Source of the DNA: Felis catus
Taxonomy: Eukaryota
Reading direction: 5' to 3'
DNA length: 64,000 nucleotides
Assembly: GCF_018350175.1 (NCBI RefSeq)
Contig: NC_058368.1
Coordinates: forward strand, 102,860,001-102,924,000
In this document: piece after piece, positions 1 to 14,015 of the stretch
Layout of the letters: every line of letters begins with the position of its first letter
How positions within the stretch are numbered: the first letter of the stretch is position 1
Translations under genes and position numbers: made by a program
Notes under the pieces: generated by a model
What the model saw: the letters and a program-made list of their open reading frames with translations, nothing else
The model's database searches: none
Told to the model about the DNA's origin: nothing

Positions 1-355
1 TATACTTGGCAGGTAAAAGTGCTCCATTAACTGTTTAGCATATTATTGCCTTTGAGAGGAATGTCAGGAAAACAGTTAGGAGGAAGGGATTGACAGAAAC
101 GTAAAGCCCATAAAACAGGTTCCAAGTTAGATGTGGTTGAGGGTGATCTTGACAAGTTTAACTCTTCCACCATACAGATGGAGGCTTTAAAGTTTGGTTT
201 CGTTGAGTTACAGAGAAACAGGAGAACTTTTTTCTGCACCCTGAGCCTTGTGAATCGTAATTGTGAAGTCTTTTGTGCAAGCTAGAAAATGCTGTTTTTA
301 GAAAATACCCTCTTCTTTCCCAGTATTCTTTCTAAGACTTTTTTTTTCAAAAAAA

Positions 356-558
356 TTTTTTTATGTTTTATTTATTTTCGAGAGAGAAAGCTAGAGCAAG
401 AGTGGGGGTGGGACAGAGAGAGAGTGGGGGACGGAAGATCTGAAGCAGGCTCTGTGCTGACAGCAGCAAGCCCGATGTGGGGCTCGAACTCACAAACTGC
501 GAGATCATGACCTGAGCCGAAGTTGGACCCTCAACGAACTGAACCACCCAGGTGCCCC
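356..558 (-). mobile_element. CanSINE (SINEC_Fc-like)
   Basis: Reverse complement of tRNA-derived head ends ...CCACCCAGGTGCCCC at 558; (GA)n and T-rich tail at left. Confidence 0.92.
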
Positions 559-566
559 TAAAACAT

Positions 567-789
567 TTTTTTTTAAGGTTTATTTATCTTTGAGAGAACG
601 AGAGAAAGAGAGAAAGAGTGTGAGCGGGGAAGGGGCAGAGAGAGAGGGAGGGAGACACAGAATCTGAAGCAGGCTCCAGGCTCTGAGCTGCCAGGGCAGA
701 GGCCGGCGCGGGGCTCGAACTCACTAATTGCAAGATCATGTCCTGAGTCGAAGGTGGACGCTTAACCGACTGAGCCACCCAGGTGCCCC
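567..789 (-). mobile_element. CanSINE, tandem with previous copy
   Basis: Full SINE body, ends GAGCCACCCAGGTGCCCC. Confidence 0.93.
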
Positions 790-1507
790 TCATCTTTTTT
801 GGTATTCTGATACATGCTTGGCGTTTATACAATCTTACAAGGTTTTGTTCTGTTAAGGGAACAGGAACAGCACTCTTCTCAGGCCCCTACTGATAGCTAT
901 ATTTTTATCACATTTCCTAACATTCCTCTTTACCATCTACTGAGTGAATTGATATTTAATTTCTGGTGGGAAAATGGTAGTTTCTTCATGGCATTATGCA
1001 TTCTCTCTGTTGTGTGATTTATTTAAGGTTTTAATACTATGACCGAGTGTTTAAGGCTTTGTTTCTTGATATGAAAACCCAAACGTTTAGCTCTTAGAGA
1101 AATCTTCCCCCTCTCAATCACTTGACCCTTGTAATTGAACACCGGAGCATCTGAGACTTTCTTTACTATGTATTTACAAACTGTACCCAGCCACTGAATT
1201 CACTTATTTTTTCTGAGGCATCTGTCCCCCATGTAAGGCAATCGGCTGTCACCTACGAATAGGCAGCATACTAATGGCAACAAGGATGGGAAAGAAAATT
1301 CCTAGATAGCGTCTCAAAATATGTCACCTAATATACATAAAATGTTCCAGATAGCTAAGAACTTAGGCATGTATTTTAGAAAACAATAAGTGTTGGTGAC
1401 TTGAACAGCGAAAATCAAAATCTTGATTCTTACATTCATTTGAGTTTGCTAAATTTAAGATACCTATGCCCATGGTTTCAATTTCTATTTTCTTTTTCTC
1501 TGGAAGT

Positions 1508-1685
1508 AGGGCCAGAAATAGGTCAAGGTGAATGAGGCCAGGGCAGCACTTGCCTACAAAATTTAGGAGGAACCCAAAAATTCAGTAATTAAAATAAGTC
1601 ATATTTTAAGGCAACTTAAAAAATATCAAAATTAAGGCAAAAAAATCCATGATGAACAAAACATCAAGTTTAAATAAAAACACCG
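1508..1685 (+). mobile_element. MER96B-like hAT DNA transposon fragment
   Basis: CAAAATTTAGGAGG...CAGTAATTAAAATAA...AAAATCCATGATGAACAAAAC resembles recalled MER96B 5' consensus. Confidence 0.65.
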
Positions 1686-2066
1686 CGAGTATTGTCAGCT
1701 TTCTTCAACCTCTTTGTCCTATGAAATTAAGCAATTAAAGAATGTTTTCTTATGAGCTTTTCTACCTTCTTATTATTACATAACAAATACAACTTTTCTC
1801 CTCCTTTCTCCTTTCTCCCTCATCATGGAACACGTGGCCTGCCCTTGAAAAATGAGTGAAATCTTCACGGCTTCCCTACCACGCTGGCAAAAACACAACA
1901 AAACAAACAAAACTATTAATAGCATTTTAATACGGGGAGCCAGTGAGGCAGATAATATACTGGAGACAATCACGTGGACATTACATTAGTTCTTCGAAAC
2001 CGAAACCAGCCTCAGAGTGTGCCGGAAAGGTGGTTGAAAATTTGAAAATGGTTCATCATTTCTTTT

Positions 2067-2277
2067 CTTTTCTTTAAAAAAATGTTTTTTAAGTTTATTT
2101 ATTTTTCAGAGAAAGCGAGACAGAGGGCAGAGAGAGAGGGAGACGCGGAATCTGAAACAGGCTCCAGGCTCTGAGCGGTCAGCACAGAGCCCGACGTGGG
2201 GCTTGAACCCAGAATCAGTGAGATCATGAACTGAGCCGAAGTCAGAGGCTTAACCGACTGAGCCACCCAGGTGCCCC
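2067..2277 (-). mobile_element. CanSINE
   Basis: SINE body; 13-bp TSD CATCATTTCTTTT at 2054 and 2278. Confidence 0.95.
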
Positions 2278-3435
2278 CATCATTTCTTTTCTAAGCTGGA
2301 ACCATCTAAGTATTGAAGAAGATGCTTGGGGTTGGGCCAGAGTAGACCGATGAGGCCAGAAACACTGACACCAGAAACAAGACAAGCTGGGCATAATCAA
2401 TAGGAAATGACCCATGACTCTGACCCCAAGGGCCAAGCCTGAGGGCTTCTGGAGGTGGGTGGAGTGAAGGGTGCAGCAAGGGAACGTCTCAACGGACAGC
2501 CAGTTCCCGATATGACTCTATTAATCTGAAGGGTCTCAGGTACCCAGCCTGACAGACAGCTGGGTGGAGGGAGGCTCCTCCCACCTCCCAGGTGTCATAA
2601 CTGTGTCATAACCTTTTTATTCCAACATCATCACGGGCTGCTTTTAAGCACATTTTGATAGATGGCATTTTCCGCAGCGTTAGTAGTGGGAGGAGGGGTA
2701 GGGGGAGAATCTATTTGCTGCACAGACAGTTTCTGTGATTTTAACAAGACTTCCCCACCCCCTTCAAGCCCAGCCCTGTAGACAGAACACATACTCGCTT
2801 GTTACCACTCGCCTTGTGGCCTCTGGGATTCCTTTCTCTTTAGCTGTGTTTCTCAATCCTTTGCAGCTCTCCAAGGCAGAAGTAGCAAAAACAGCAGGAA
2901 AATGGCAAAGGAATACAAGCTTGTGCTGTTTCTGGAACACAGTGAGCTTGTGTCCACACTCTGGAGGTAGAAATTCTGCCTTAAGAAAAATATTCCACTA
3001 CAGGGCTCTTTGTCTGCTTTCCAAAGCACACAAAAATGGATTAACTCGAAATGTAGGCACCCAAATGCCTGACACGGAGATGACCCTGATGAAAACGACT
3101 AAGCACAGAGTGAGAATATAGACGGGTCCTCAGGATTTGAAGAACAGTGACTCTGCACCTCCCCCCCGCCCCCCCCCCCCCCCCCGCGGGGGCATACATA
3201 ACTCACAGTGGTGTTCTGGAGGGTTATGCTAGAAACACATGCCCTTCTTAGAGGGGTAGCTCCGCCCCCTTTTCTCCCAGTCATCAGTGTCTTTCTGAGA
3301 TCAAGTAACAGACCAAGCTTTCAAAGAGGGTATACTTGCTTTGGTCAAAATTTGTTAAAAAGTAAACCGAGCGCAAAGGTCAGTGTTTTTACCATTTGCA
3401 GAGACAAGTTTATTTTTGGGCACACCGCTTCTAAA

Positions 3436-3635
3436 TTTTTTTTTTTAATGCTCATTTATTTTTGAGAGAGACACAGAGGATGAGTGGGGGAAGGGCAGAG
3501 ACGAGGGAGACAGAGATTCCAAAGCAGGATCCAGGCTCTGAGCAGAGCCCGTCTCGTGGCTCGAACTCGCAAACTGTGAGATCATGACCTGGGCAGAAGT
3601 CGGAAGCCCGACCCACTGAGTCACCCGGGCGTCCC
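3436..3635 (-). mobile_element. CanSINE
   Basis: SINE body; degenerate TSD GGCACACC(GC/AA)TTCTAA. Confidence 0.92.
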
Positions 3636-6292
3636 TCAGGCACACCAATTCTAATCAACGCGCCGCAGCATGGTAAGAGACCTTGTCTTGGAAACCCCAT
3701 CCAGTATCTTCCCATCAAATATATGCATTCACAAACCCATGTAATAACATGGCACGTTTTGTCCATGCTTTGGTGCCATTTGAGAGGGAGTTGGGAAGCA
3801 AGATATAGGAAATTTTTGGAAACACATTTTCATCCTTTCTATAAGGCCTTGCAGAAACAGAAATATTTCCCTGATGAACAAGCAGCGGGGGGCGGGGAGG
3901 GTTTGTTTTCCTCCAGTTGCTGCGAATGGATGAGGCTTTTTATGGGACTACTTGGAACACTCTTAGCTGACAGATGGAGCCAAGTGAGTTTTATTCTAGG
4001 TACGAGAGGATTTTCCCTTTCGAAGACGCACAGCACAAAGAGCAGTTGCAAACTCGCCCAACGAAAATCCACAGGACCCTTTGCAAATGTATTACAAAGG
4101 AGTTCCCAGAAAATGACAGGAAATTCACGGAGCATGACTAGCCCACTCATGTGACCTAGTATGATGCTTGCTAGAGCAATAGGGTGAAAAGGAAATTGTT
4201 TCCTTTCCTATATTTTAAGAACGTTCCCTTTTGGCAGGACATAATCTCTTAAAAATGATCTTGCTTTCAGAGAGCTACAAATATATCATTTAGGGCTTTT
4301 TGTATGAACGTGGGGCTGATAAATTTAGATACCAGGGATGGATTGCAGGTTTTTCATTACCATAAATCCCATGTCACATCAGCAGCATGATGGAAGCATT
4401 TTGATAGATAACATAAACTCATTAATCACCACTCTCTTAAACTAAGCACCACAGAAAGAATTTAAAATGTTCCACATTCCAACATTTGTGAATGCCTCCC
4501 CTTTTAAAACTGCCATCCTTTATTAGTTCATGCTGTTTAAGATAGCCGGAGTTAACTCCATGAAAAGAGACTGTGTATCAAGGGAAGAAAGAACTGGGAA
4601 GGGGGAGGGGGGAGGAAAAAGGAGGCAAGAAGATTAAATTCCATCTTAAATCCAAACACGGGCTAGATTGCATGCTAGCATTAACGTCTTCGTCCTCTTC
4701 CCAGAGAATGTTGGCAGACTTCCAATTTATTAAAACAACAATCCAATGCTGATCTTCTCTCTGTATACACAATTCAAGGATGGATCATTTACTCAAACAG
4801 AGTTGTTCACTGAGGTATAAAAGCAAAAATGCATTTTAGGAGAGGTTGTTTATGGCTATTGCGTCAAGCACTATACTGCCGGGCTTCGTACAAGTAAACC
4901 TGATCATTATTAAGTGAAAAGAGAAAGCCGCATTGTCATTCTAAAAGGAGTAAGCGCAAGTTATGTCCAGGCATTTAATGATACAGCTTAAGCTTGTGAA
5001 ACTGTTCTAAAGAGAGGTGTGTGTTCCTCTGAAAAAAAATATTTTCACCTGCCAAACAGATGCATTCTGGGATGAGTATTCTCTTACAAAATGTCCACTG
5101 CGCCCCGTCCCCCCACCCCCCCACCCCCATTCCCGACACAATGCATCACAGGCTTTATTTCCCTGATGGGTTTTCCTACTGCACTTAACACTTAGAGAGT
5201 ATCTGTGAACATTTAACCCTTTGGGCATGTATTTCACGATTCAAATGAAGTTTACCTGTTCACACATTCGTTGCCAATATATGGGTGTTTATAAAAGAAG
5301 AGTAAAGCAAACGCAGACTCGATCTTAGCAGAGGAATACGGTCATGTTTCTTTTGTCACATAAAATTATGTAATTCAACCAGCTCTTTTCAGGATCACAA
5401 GTTCTGCTGGGTACCCAAGGGCCGGGACAAATGTCAGACAAACGGACTTTACACTGGAAGACCCGTCTCAAGCAGCAGACCTGGTCTCAGGGAAAGCAGC
5501 CTGTTAAGTGGGCTTTGTTTCCAGGTAGCATTTTATAAATTTAAACAGTTGATAATGAGTGATCCTGAGTGGTGACTGACTGAATGGCCGTTGAACTTTG
5601 AAGATATGATTCAGCACACCCTGGGAGAACAGAGCACAATAACATTAAACACCAGATGGTATTTCAAAGCCTATCAGATACGCAGATTCCTTTTTCTTCT
5701 CAACAAAAGATCGGCAAGGCCTCCTGTCTAAAAAAAATAGTAATTAAAAAAAAAAAAAGGAAAAAAGAAAAAAAAATGAGAGAAGAAAAAGAAAAAGCCC
5801 ATTAAGATAAATGGGATGATTTGGTTTTGTCTGGCCTGACTATTATAGGAAAGCCATCTGAATGGGTCATATTACAAACTAGACTCCAGATCAAAGGCAA
5901 GCTACTGCCGCGGTGGGTCAAACTGATCTGAACTGTGTCAACCAGATCAGCATGAAACCCTAAACTATGGCCAAGAAAACACGTCTTTCTCAAACAGAGA
6001 CTGGACCACACCAATTAACCAAAGCATTTGCCTCTTTGCCTCAGTGGAAACCTGAGAGGGTTTCACTGGTCAGGCCACGGTGTGGACACACACGAGAGAC
6101 TGGGATTCCCGTAACATCGCTTAGATGGTTGGGTTCACGAGTAAAATCATCGAACAGTCCAGCAAAGAAGTCACTCAAGAGCCGCTGCTCCCTTCGTAGG
6201 AGCATGTGATGTGGGTTAGAGAAGACTGAATTCACTCCAAGGAAATGACAGCTTGCGTGACTGAGTGTGCAGACGATGGTGTGGAAGGAAAG

Positions 6293-6633
6293 TGTGATGT
6301 TTGGTTTTAGGCGTCAACTTGGCTGGGCCACGGGGGCCAGAGGTTTGGTCAAATGTTATTCTGGATCTTTCTTTGAAGGCGATTTTTTGATGAGATTAAA
6401 ATTTAAATCCATGAATGGTGAGCAAAGCAGAAAATCCTCTTCCAATGTGTGGAAGGGCTTAATAGAACACAGACTGACCTCTTTGAGGAAGAAGAAATGT
6501 CTGCCATCAGATGTGCTTTGGACAGAACTGTAACTCTTTCACACGTCCCCAGCCTACTGATCAACCCCATCAGATTTTTTTTTGGACTTGCCAAGGCCTC
6601 CACAATTGCGTGAGCCCAATTCCTTAAAGTAAA

Positions 6634-6675
<42 letters not shown>

Positions 6676-6724
6676 AAGAATACATCACATTATTCTGTTT
6701 CTGTGGAAAGCCTTGTGTAATATG
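6293..6724 (+). mobile_element. MLT2 (ERVL) solo LTR
   Basis: Starts TGTGATG...GTCAACTTGGCTGGGCCAC; ends TTCTGTTTCTGTGGAAAGCC...TAATA; internal (CT)n(AT)n; flanks GAAAG/GAGAG. Confidence 0.85.
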
Positions 6725-6844
6725 GAGAGATACAAAAATAATGAAACCTCCCAACACCTTCGCGTTTGAAAAATGAATTAGCTGGACTCAGTGATCTCAA
6801 AGATCTGCTCCAGGGCTAAGATTCTGGGCAAAGCTGATTGATTA

Positions 6845-7062
6845 GGGTAGTAAAATGTAGAGGTTAGGGCTCTGGCTCTGGAAAGAGACAGATCTAGTTT
6901 GGAATTTTGGCTTAGTCACTGACTAGCTATGTCATTTTACCCAAGTTCCTTAGGATTCTCAGGCCTCGGTTGTGGGTTGTTTTTTTTTTTTTTTCTTTTT
7001 TCCTTTTTTTCCCCAAGCCTCAGTTTTCTTAGTTGCAACATGGAACAGTAATATATACCTCT
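6845..7062 (+). mobile_element. MIR SINE
   Basis: GGTTAGGGCTCTGGCTCTGGA...CACTGACTAGCTATGT...AAGCCTCAGTTTTCT core. Confidence 0.7.
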
Positions 7063-7904
7063 GTACAGATTAAAAAAAAAGGTGGACAAAAAATGAACAA
7101 AGATTTAAGGAATTACAAAAAAGGAACAGAGAGGTATAAACCACAAATGACACCTCGAAATTTCTTTGTGAGATCAGGAGGTTTGGTTATAAATCTCAGG
7201 TCATTCAAACACAGCAGAGATTGTCTTAAACTTACGGGCGCCTGGAAGATACAAAATCTTCTCAGAGCAATGACTCCACTGGGGGTCTCACCACATCCTC
7301 CCACCACCAGTGATTGGGGCTATTGTGGGAAACTTCATGAAAAAGCCATGGGCTTCTCAGAGAAGCTGGGCTCAGCATGGAAGAAGGTGGGGAGAGCCAG
7401 ACAAGGTGGGTGGCTTAGGAACACAGATCTAAGAAGCATTCTGAGAAAACTGGCCTGCTCACAATGGAGTTCTTTTGTCCTCAAGAACTCTTCACTGATG
7501 TTCCATATCACTTACCTGGGTTAACAAATCTCTTATTTCTGTAATGAAGAGACCTCTTTGAAGATGAAGGGACTCTTTGGAATCCGCTTTTGTGAGGGCA
7601 TTGAGGAGTTGACTATTTTGACTGGGAGATGCACTACCTTCAGAGGATAGAGTCCTTTGAAGGAGTGGAGGGTTGGTTTGGGTGGATGAAGGGAAAGAGG
7701 AGGGAAGGAGGTACTTAACACAGCTCCCGGATATGATAGGCATGTTGGCAGGAAGAGAAGACCTTAAGTGGTAGGAAAGGTTTATAGCAAGAACACGGGG
7801 AATGCCAATCCCTCACTCTATTTCAAACTTCTGCCCCAGGACTGGTCTGTGCTCTCTTCTGCCTCCTAGCTGTACATAGGCCCTGGGGCCAGGGTCCAAT
7901 GGAG

Positions 7905-8605
7905 GTGATACCTACATTTCACACCCAACATGATGGATATAAGAAATAGAAAACAAATAGCAAGTGTTGGTGGGGATGTGGGAAAATTAGAAGCCTTGCA
8001 CATGGCCGATGGCAATGTAACATGAAGCTGTGCTGTGGAAAACAGTCTGGAGTTTCCTTAAAATGGTAAGTGTAGAATTGCCATATGAGCTAGCAATTCT
8101 ACCTCTACGTATATACCCCCAAAGAATCAAAAGCAGGTACTCAACACATACATGCACCCACATGTCTACAGCAGCACTATTCACAACAGCCAGAATGTGG
8201 AAACATCCCAAAGGTCCATTAATGTATAAATGGACAACTGTGGTATGTCCATTCAGTGGAGCATTATTCAGCTATAAAAAGCAGTGATACGATGTATATG
8301 AATCTTGAAAACCTGTCACTAAGTGAAAGGAGCCAGACATAAAAGGCCTCATCTTATATGGTTTCACTTCTCAGAAATATCCAGAATAGGTAAACCCATA
8401 GAGACAGAATGCAGAATATTGGCTACCAGGGATGAGGAAGAGGAAGGGATAGGGGAACAGCTGCGTCATGGGCATGCAATTTTCTTTTTAAGGTGATGAG
8501 AATGTTTTGGCACCAGATAGAGGCGGTTACACAGCGCTGTGGAGGTACCAAACGCGGCCGGAAGATTGATGTTATGTTATATAAATTTCACCTCCATTAA
8601 AAAAG
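7905..8605 (+). mobile_element. Old L1 (L1MB-like) ORF2 end and 3' UTR
   Basis: CAAGTGTTGGTGGGGATGTGG, GTGGAAAACAGTCTGG, CAGCACTATTCACAACAGCCAGAATGTGGAAAC; A-rich end. Confidence 0.88.
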
Positions 8606-10717
8606 AAACAAACAAAAAACTAACATCTGTGGAACGTCCTGGTGATAGCAGAAACAGAATCTGGAGAAACAGTGACGCACTCAGGTTTCCAGACAGACGA
8701 CCATGGATACAAGTAGCCATAACAAATCTGATGAATTCGCCGCCCAAGTGAGCAAAAGAAGGGGTGCCAGCCTCTGTGCTGCCAGAAACCCCGTGTCCAC
8801 ACGTTTCTTGGTAGACATCCCTGAATATCATCGCAGGGCAAAGCAGCTTTGAAATCTGAAACCACTACTCAACAATGAACGTGGTATGTCTTTCCCTAGG
8901 CACAGTTTTTCACACAAAGACTGGAACAGCTCTCTTTGCTGGACCACTCCCTTCCTTCACTGACACTCTCTCGTCCCCAAACTACTTAATCAGGTTACAT
9001 TAGGGACCTGTTTAGCTTGCCAGAGACGCCCACCGTCAAGTCCGATTTTAGCGGGGGCTGCAGGCATTGAAGGGTTTCTGTGGGAGCCAGTGGCCTAGTT
9101 TGAGGTGAATAATAAGCTCTTTACTTGACGCCCTATCTCTCTTTTCAGCTGGAAACAGTCTGCATCCTTTTCTCTTCCCGAGGTTGGGCCGAGGGAAATG
9201 CTACGTTCAGAAAAGATGATCGTGTCAAAACCCCCGGTGATTTCTAACGCTTGTGGAACACATTGCACAGGAGCAATTTAGACGACAAAGAGAGCACCCT
9301 TCGGTCCAGATTTACACTGTGTTCCTATTCACCGACACATCAGCAAACATTATAAATGCCTTGCCTGGGTAATGAATGGCTTCTGAGCGAGTTCCTGGGC
9401 TGGCAGCGGGTTTGAAATTCTATAGAGTCAGGCAAGGGGGAAGGTGACTAGGATAGAATTACGGGAAAGGATTAATGAGGGGGTGCTGGCTGAACATACT
9501 GCTCTACTGTTCTCTCCGTCGCTAGACTGAGGACTCACTGATTTTTGCCTCTAGGACTGTACTTTTATAACTTAAAACAAGCCTCTTTAAACAAATCTGC
9601 ATCAGGCAATGTGTCAACACTTCATTGGTTTCAATAGAATTAGTTTTCTCAATGCTCTTTTCTGAAGCAATTTTTGTACTTGAAAATGCATTACAAGGAA
9701 CATTTACTATAACTACAGTACAGCGATATAGAATATGACAAGGAGGGTTTTAATCAGTGCAAGCTACGACACCGACCACGTTCATGCTGATCCTCCCCCT
9801 TCCCCTCAGCGTCAGTGTTAATCAACCCAGGAACCTGAGGTTATTTTCACTGGTATTTGCTGTAAATAATAGCCAGGACCTTAATTGTATTTGCCCAGAA
9901 TGAACGAGGCTAACAGCCTTCCAAAGACACCTCGGCAGGTTGTGATTTAATAGCCTTACGTAACTCAGGCCCTTACGCACCCCAAGCCAAATAAACCATA
10001 AGGTCGTTCTGCTAGCTGAGAGATAACATGCCAAAGCCTGAACAAAGTAGGGGAAACCACACGTCAGCACTCTGTCAGACCTGCCCCGGTCAAACTCAGA
10101 ACACAGCTAGGAGCGGCCAAGACTTAGCCAAAAATTCAACATCCCCAATTCCTACACGTTCCGCAGGACACGCTCTCTTGGTAAGACGTCTGTAAATACG
10201 AGCGCATGAGGGTCTGCAAGATGGCCAAATAGCTCCTTGATACATCCTTCTCATCATCTCATCCTAACTGTGTGGTGTGCTTGCTTTCTTTTTTTTTTTT
10301 TAATTCTCTAAAAGGGAAATAGAGGAAGACTAGGGGCTTTCAAGTGCTCTAATAGTAAGAGATAGTGGATTCTATTATGAGAACCCATTTAACCTCGTTC
10401 TACTTCCATTTCACCTCTTTCTAAATGTGGCTGGCATAGAGATAAAAGGGCAGTGGCCGCTGTGTCTCTGATGCATCACAGTTCACACAGACAGAGATGT
10501 GGTGGCAGACAAATCCTACCAGACAAATGACTGTGTGTTAGGTGTCCCAAATATGTTCTTTTGGCCTTGCTGGGAACCAGAAGGAGAGAAAAATGGCTTC
10601 TCTCCTCCTTGTTCCCCCTGGGATGTCTCATCGAGTTATCTTCAAGAGATGCCGAGGACGTAACCAAAAGGGGAGTTTCGGGTCATAACGGCCCGGGGCA
10701 GGTTCCTCGTCTTTCCA

Positions 10718-10870
10718 TTCTGCCAATTGTGGACACTTAGACGAAGTACTTAAACCTACCAAGCCTCGGTTTTGTCATCTGTACCACTGGCACAGGACCT
10801 AATTCCGGTTGCCGTGAAGATTACAGATAATGATGCCAGGATAGTAGATGCTCAACAAACGGTAGCGGAC
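10718..10870 (+). mobile_element. MIR fragment
   Basis: AAGCCTCGGTTTTGTCATCTGTA...GTGAAGATTA...GCTCAACAAACGGTAGC. Confidence 0.65.
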
Positions 10871-11289
10871 GGTATGGTTCTTATGGTTCTTGTGAAGAGT
10901 TCAACTGGGAACAATACCAGGCAGGCAACAATCAGTAAGGACCAATTAGTGGCTGGGTACCGTGCAAAGCCTGAGATTTAGTTCCTTAGACGATCTCACC
11001 GCTGTTAGGTAAGCAGGCGAGTATGTATGTGATTCCTATCAAAAGTGGTGAGTACCATCATCAAGATAGACACCGCATCCTGGTGGAGCAGGTGCATATG
11101 GCCGTGTTCTATATGAGACTCCTGTAGTAGAAAACAGTTTTCAACTCGAAGCAGGAGTTGAAACATGCGGAGCTCCTTCAAATCGTCTTACAAATAGTCT
11201 TACAAAGGACCGTTCCCCACAAATTAGGGTGTAGCTAACACACAGAGAATTGAATGAATGGATCTTTTTGCCTCCGTTTCATTCATTTC

Positions 11290-11500
11290 TTTTAAATCAA
11301 GATTTTATTGGTTCAGAGCAGCATGAGGTTCACAGAAAAATGGAGGGGAAAGTATAGGTATTTCCCATGTCCTGCCCGCCCCTGACCTGCTTAGCCTCCT
11401 CCATTATCAGCATCCACTCTCTTCATCACTTGTTACAAATGGTGAACCTATATGGACACACCATAATCACCCACAGATCACAGTTTACCTTACAGTTCAG
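11290..11500 (-). mobile_element. L1MC-like 3' end fragment
   Basis: AGGTTCACAGAAAAATGGAGGGGAAAGTATAG...CATAATCACCCA resembles reverse L1MC 3' end. Confidence 0.65.
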
Positions 11501-11877
11501 TATTCTCACATATGGAGTGAAAAGTTACGTTAAAAAAGAATCCCATGACTTTGACTTGTGTTTAGCGTATAGTCACATGCATGGCTCTTTTCTATGCCAC
11601 ATTAATGTGGCAGAAAGTATAGTTTTGTTTGTTTTTTACTCATCTGAAAATTGAGTTGATTATAAGAAAGGAAAGAGGCTAGGTGCTATGATTCAATAGA
11701 AGCTTGAGAAAGAGAGGACAGAAGATCCTCATAAAAGTACATGTGGTCATCAAAACATGCACTCCCACTCTTTTCTACAAAAATCGTACTTGACTTGATA
11801 TCCCCAAGAGGGCCTGGGATGGCCAGCTGTTTTGTGATTCTGTTTACCACCTTAAGGACTTTTGATCATGGTCACAG

Positions 11878-13354
11878 AATAAAAACTCAATATACAGAAA
11901 TGTGTTGCATTTCTATACATTAATAATGAAGTAGCAGAAAGAGAAATTAAGAAAACAATTCCATTAACAATTGTACCAAAAATAACAAAATGCCTACAAA
12001 TAAACTTAAGCAAGGAGGCAAAAGACCTGTACTCTAAAAACTATAAAATATTAATGAAAGAAATTGAAGATGACACAAAGATATTTGTTTGGAAAGATAT
12101 TCCACGCTCATGAACTGGGAGAACAAATATTGTTAACATGTCTATACAACCCAAAGCAATCTATAGATTTAAGACAATCCCTATCACAATAGCAACAGCA
12201 TTTTTCACAGAACTAGAAAAAAAATCCTAAAATTTATATAGAATCACAAAAGACTCAAATAGCCAAAGCAATCTTGAAAAATAAGAACAAAACCGGGAGT
12301 ATCACAATGCTCAATGTCAAGATATACCACGAAGCTGTAGTAATCAAAAAAGTATAATACTGGCACAAAAATAGGCACAGAGAATAGAAAGCCTAGAGAT
12401 AAACCCACAATTGTATGGTCAACTAATCTGTGACAAGGGAGGCAAGAATATGCAATGGAAGAAGATAGTCTCTTCAACAAATGGCGGTGGGAAAACTGGT
12501 AAGCAACGTGCAAAAGAATCAAACTGGACAACTTTCTTATACCAAACACAAAATAAACTCAAAATGGATTAAAGACCTAAATGTGAGATCTGAAACTATA
12601 TAAATCCTAGAAGAGAGCATAGGCAGTAATTTATCTGACATTGGCCATAGCAACATTTTTCTATATATGTCTCCTGAGGCAAGGGAAACAAATGGCAAAA
12701 TAAACTATGGGGACTATATCAAAATAAAAAGCTTTTGCACAGAAAAGAAACAATAAACAAAACTAAAAGACAACCTACTGCATGGGAGAAGATATTTGTG
12801 AATGATAGATCTGATAAGGGGTTAGTATCCAACATATATAAAGAACTTCTACAACCCAACATAAAAAAAAGTAATCCAATTAAAAATGGTCAACAGACAT
12901 GAATAGATATCTCAAAGAAGACACAGATGGCCAAGAGATGCATGGAAAGATGCTCAACATCACTCATCAGGGACATGCAAATCAAAATGACAATGAGATA
13001 TCAACTCACACCTGTCAGAATGATTAAAATAAAAAACTTAAGAAACAACAAGAGTTGGTGAGGATGTGGAGAAAAAGGGACCCTCATGTGCTGTTGGTAG
13101 GAATGTAAACTGGTACAGCCACTGTAGCAAACAGTATGGAGGCTCCTTAAAAATTAAAAACAGAATTACTGTATGGTCAAGTAATTCTACTACTGGGTAC
13201 TTACCCAAAAAATACAACTACAATGCTACTTGAAGGGATATACACATTCCCATGCTTGTTGCAGCATTATTTATAATACTCATCTTATGGAGGCAGCCTG
13301 TGTCCATTGATGGATGAATGGGTAAAGAATAGGTGGTAAACACACACACACACA

Positions 13355-13394
<40 letters not shown>

Positions 13395-13795
13395 ATGGAA
13401 TATTACTCAGCCATAAAATTAAATCTTGCCATTTGCAACGTAGATGGATCTAGAGGATATAATGCTAAGTGAAATAAGTCAGAGAAAGAAAAATGCCATG
13501 AGTTCACTCCTAGGTGGAATTTCAGAAAAAAAATGAATAAACAAAGAAAACAGAGACAAATAAAAAAATAGAGTTTTATTTTATTTATTTTTTTAAGTGG
13601 ACTTTTAACTATAGAGAAGAAACTGATGGTTACCAGAGGGAAGGTTGTGGGGGGATGGGCGAAATGAATGACGGGGGTTAAGAATATATTCATGTGATTA
13701 GCATTTAGTAATGCGTAGAATTCCTCGATTACTATATTGTATACCTGAAAGTAATATAAAACTATATGTTAATTATACTGAAATTTAAAAAAAAT
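11878..13795 (+). mobile_element. 5'-truncated carnivore L1 (L1_Carn-like), degenerate ORF2 C-terminal part and 3' UTR
   Basis: Typical L1 ORF2 sequence (GAAATTGAAGATGACACAAA, AACTCAAAATGGATTAAAGACCTAAATGTGAGA); 3' end TGTATACCTGAAAGTAATATAA plus poly-A; stops and frameshifts. Confidence 0.95.
13340..13390. repeat. (CA)n microsatellite inside L1
   Basis: Direct observation. Confidence 0.97.
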
Positions 13796-13839
13796 TGCAA
13801 ACCCCATTTCCTCTCTCTTCCCTGCTTACCTTTTCACCA

Positions 13840-14015
13840 TAATACTACCTATTTACTTATTTTACATATTCTTTGTTTCTCCTGCTAGATTGCACGCCCC
13901 ATGAGGGTAGGCATTTTGCCTTTTTTTTCCCCTTGGAAATCTCTGGTTTCCAGAACAGAAACATTTGGGCACATGGAGCATTTGGGTGTTAAGGTCTGTT
14001 GAATGGTTGATAAAT
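13840..14015 (+). mobile_element. L2 3' end fragment
   Basis: CTAGATTG...CCATGAGGGTAGG...TGTTGAATGGTTGA. Confidence 0.6.

Noticed and set aside
3160..3191. Poly-C/G tract with G-quadruplex potential (also ~5101-5130)
   Set aside because: Simple homopolymer with no supporting context
7033..7524. 163-aa ORF
   Set aside because: Non-ATG start inside a MIR, no recognisable domain, no supporting plus-strand splice structure
11878..13795. L1 ORF2 as an active gene
   Set aside because: 5'-truncated with multiple stops and frameshifts
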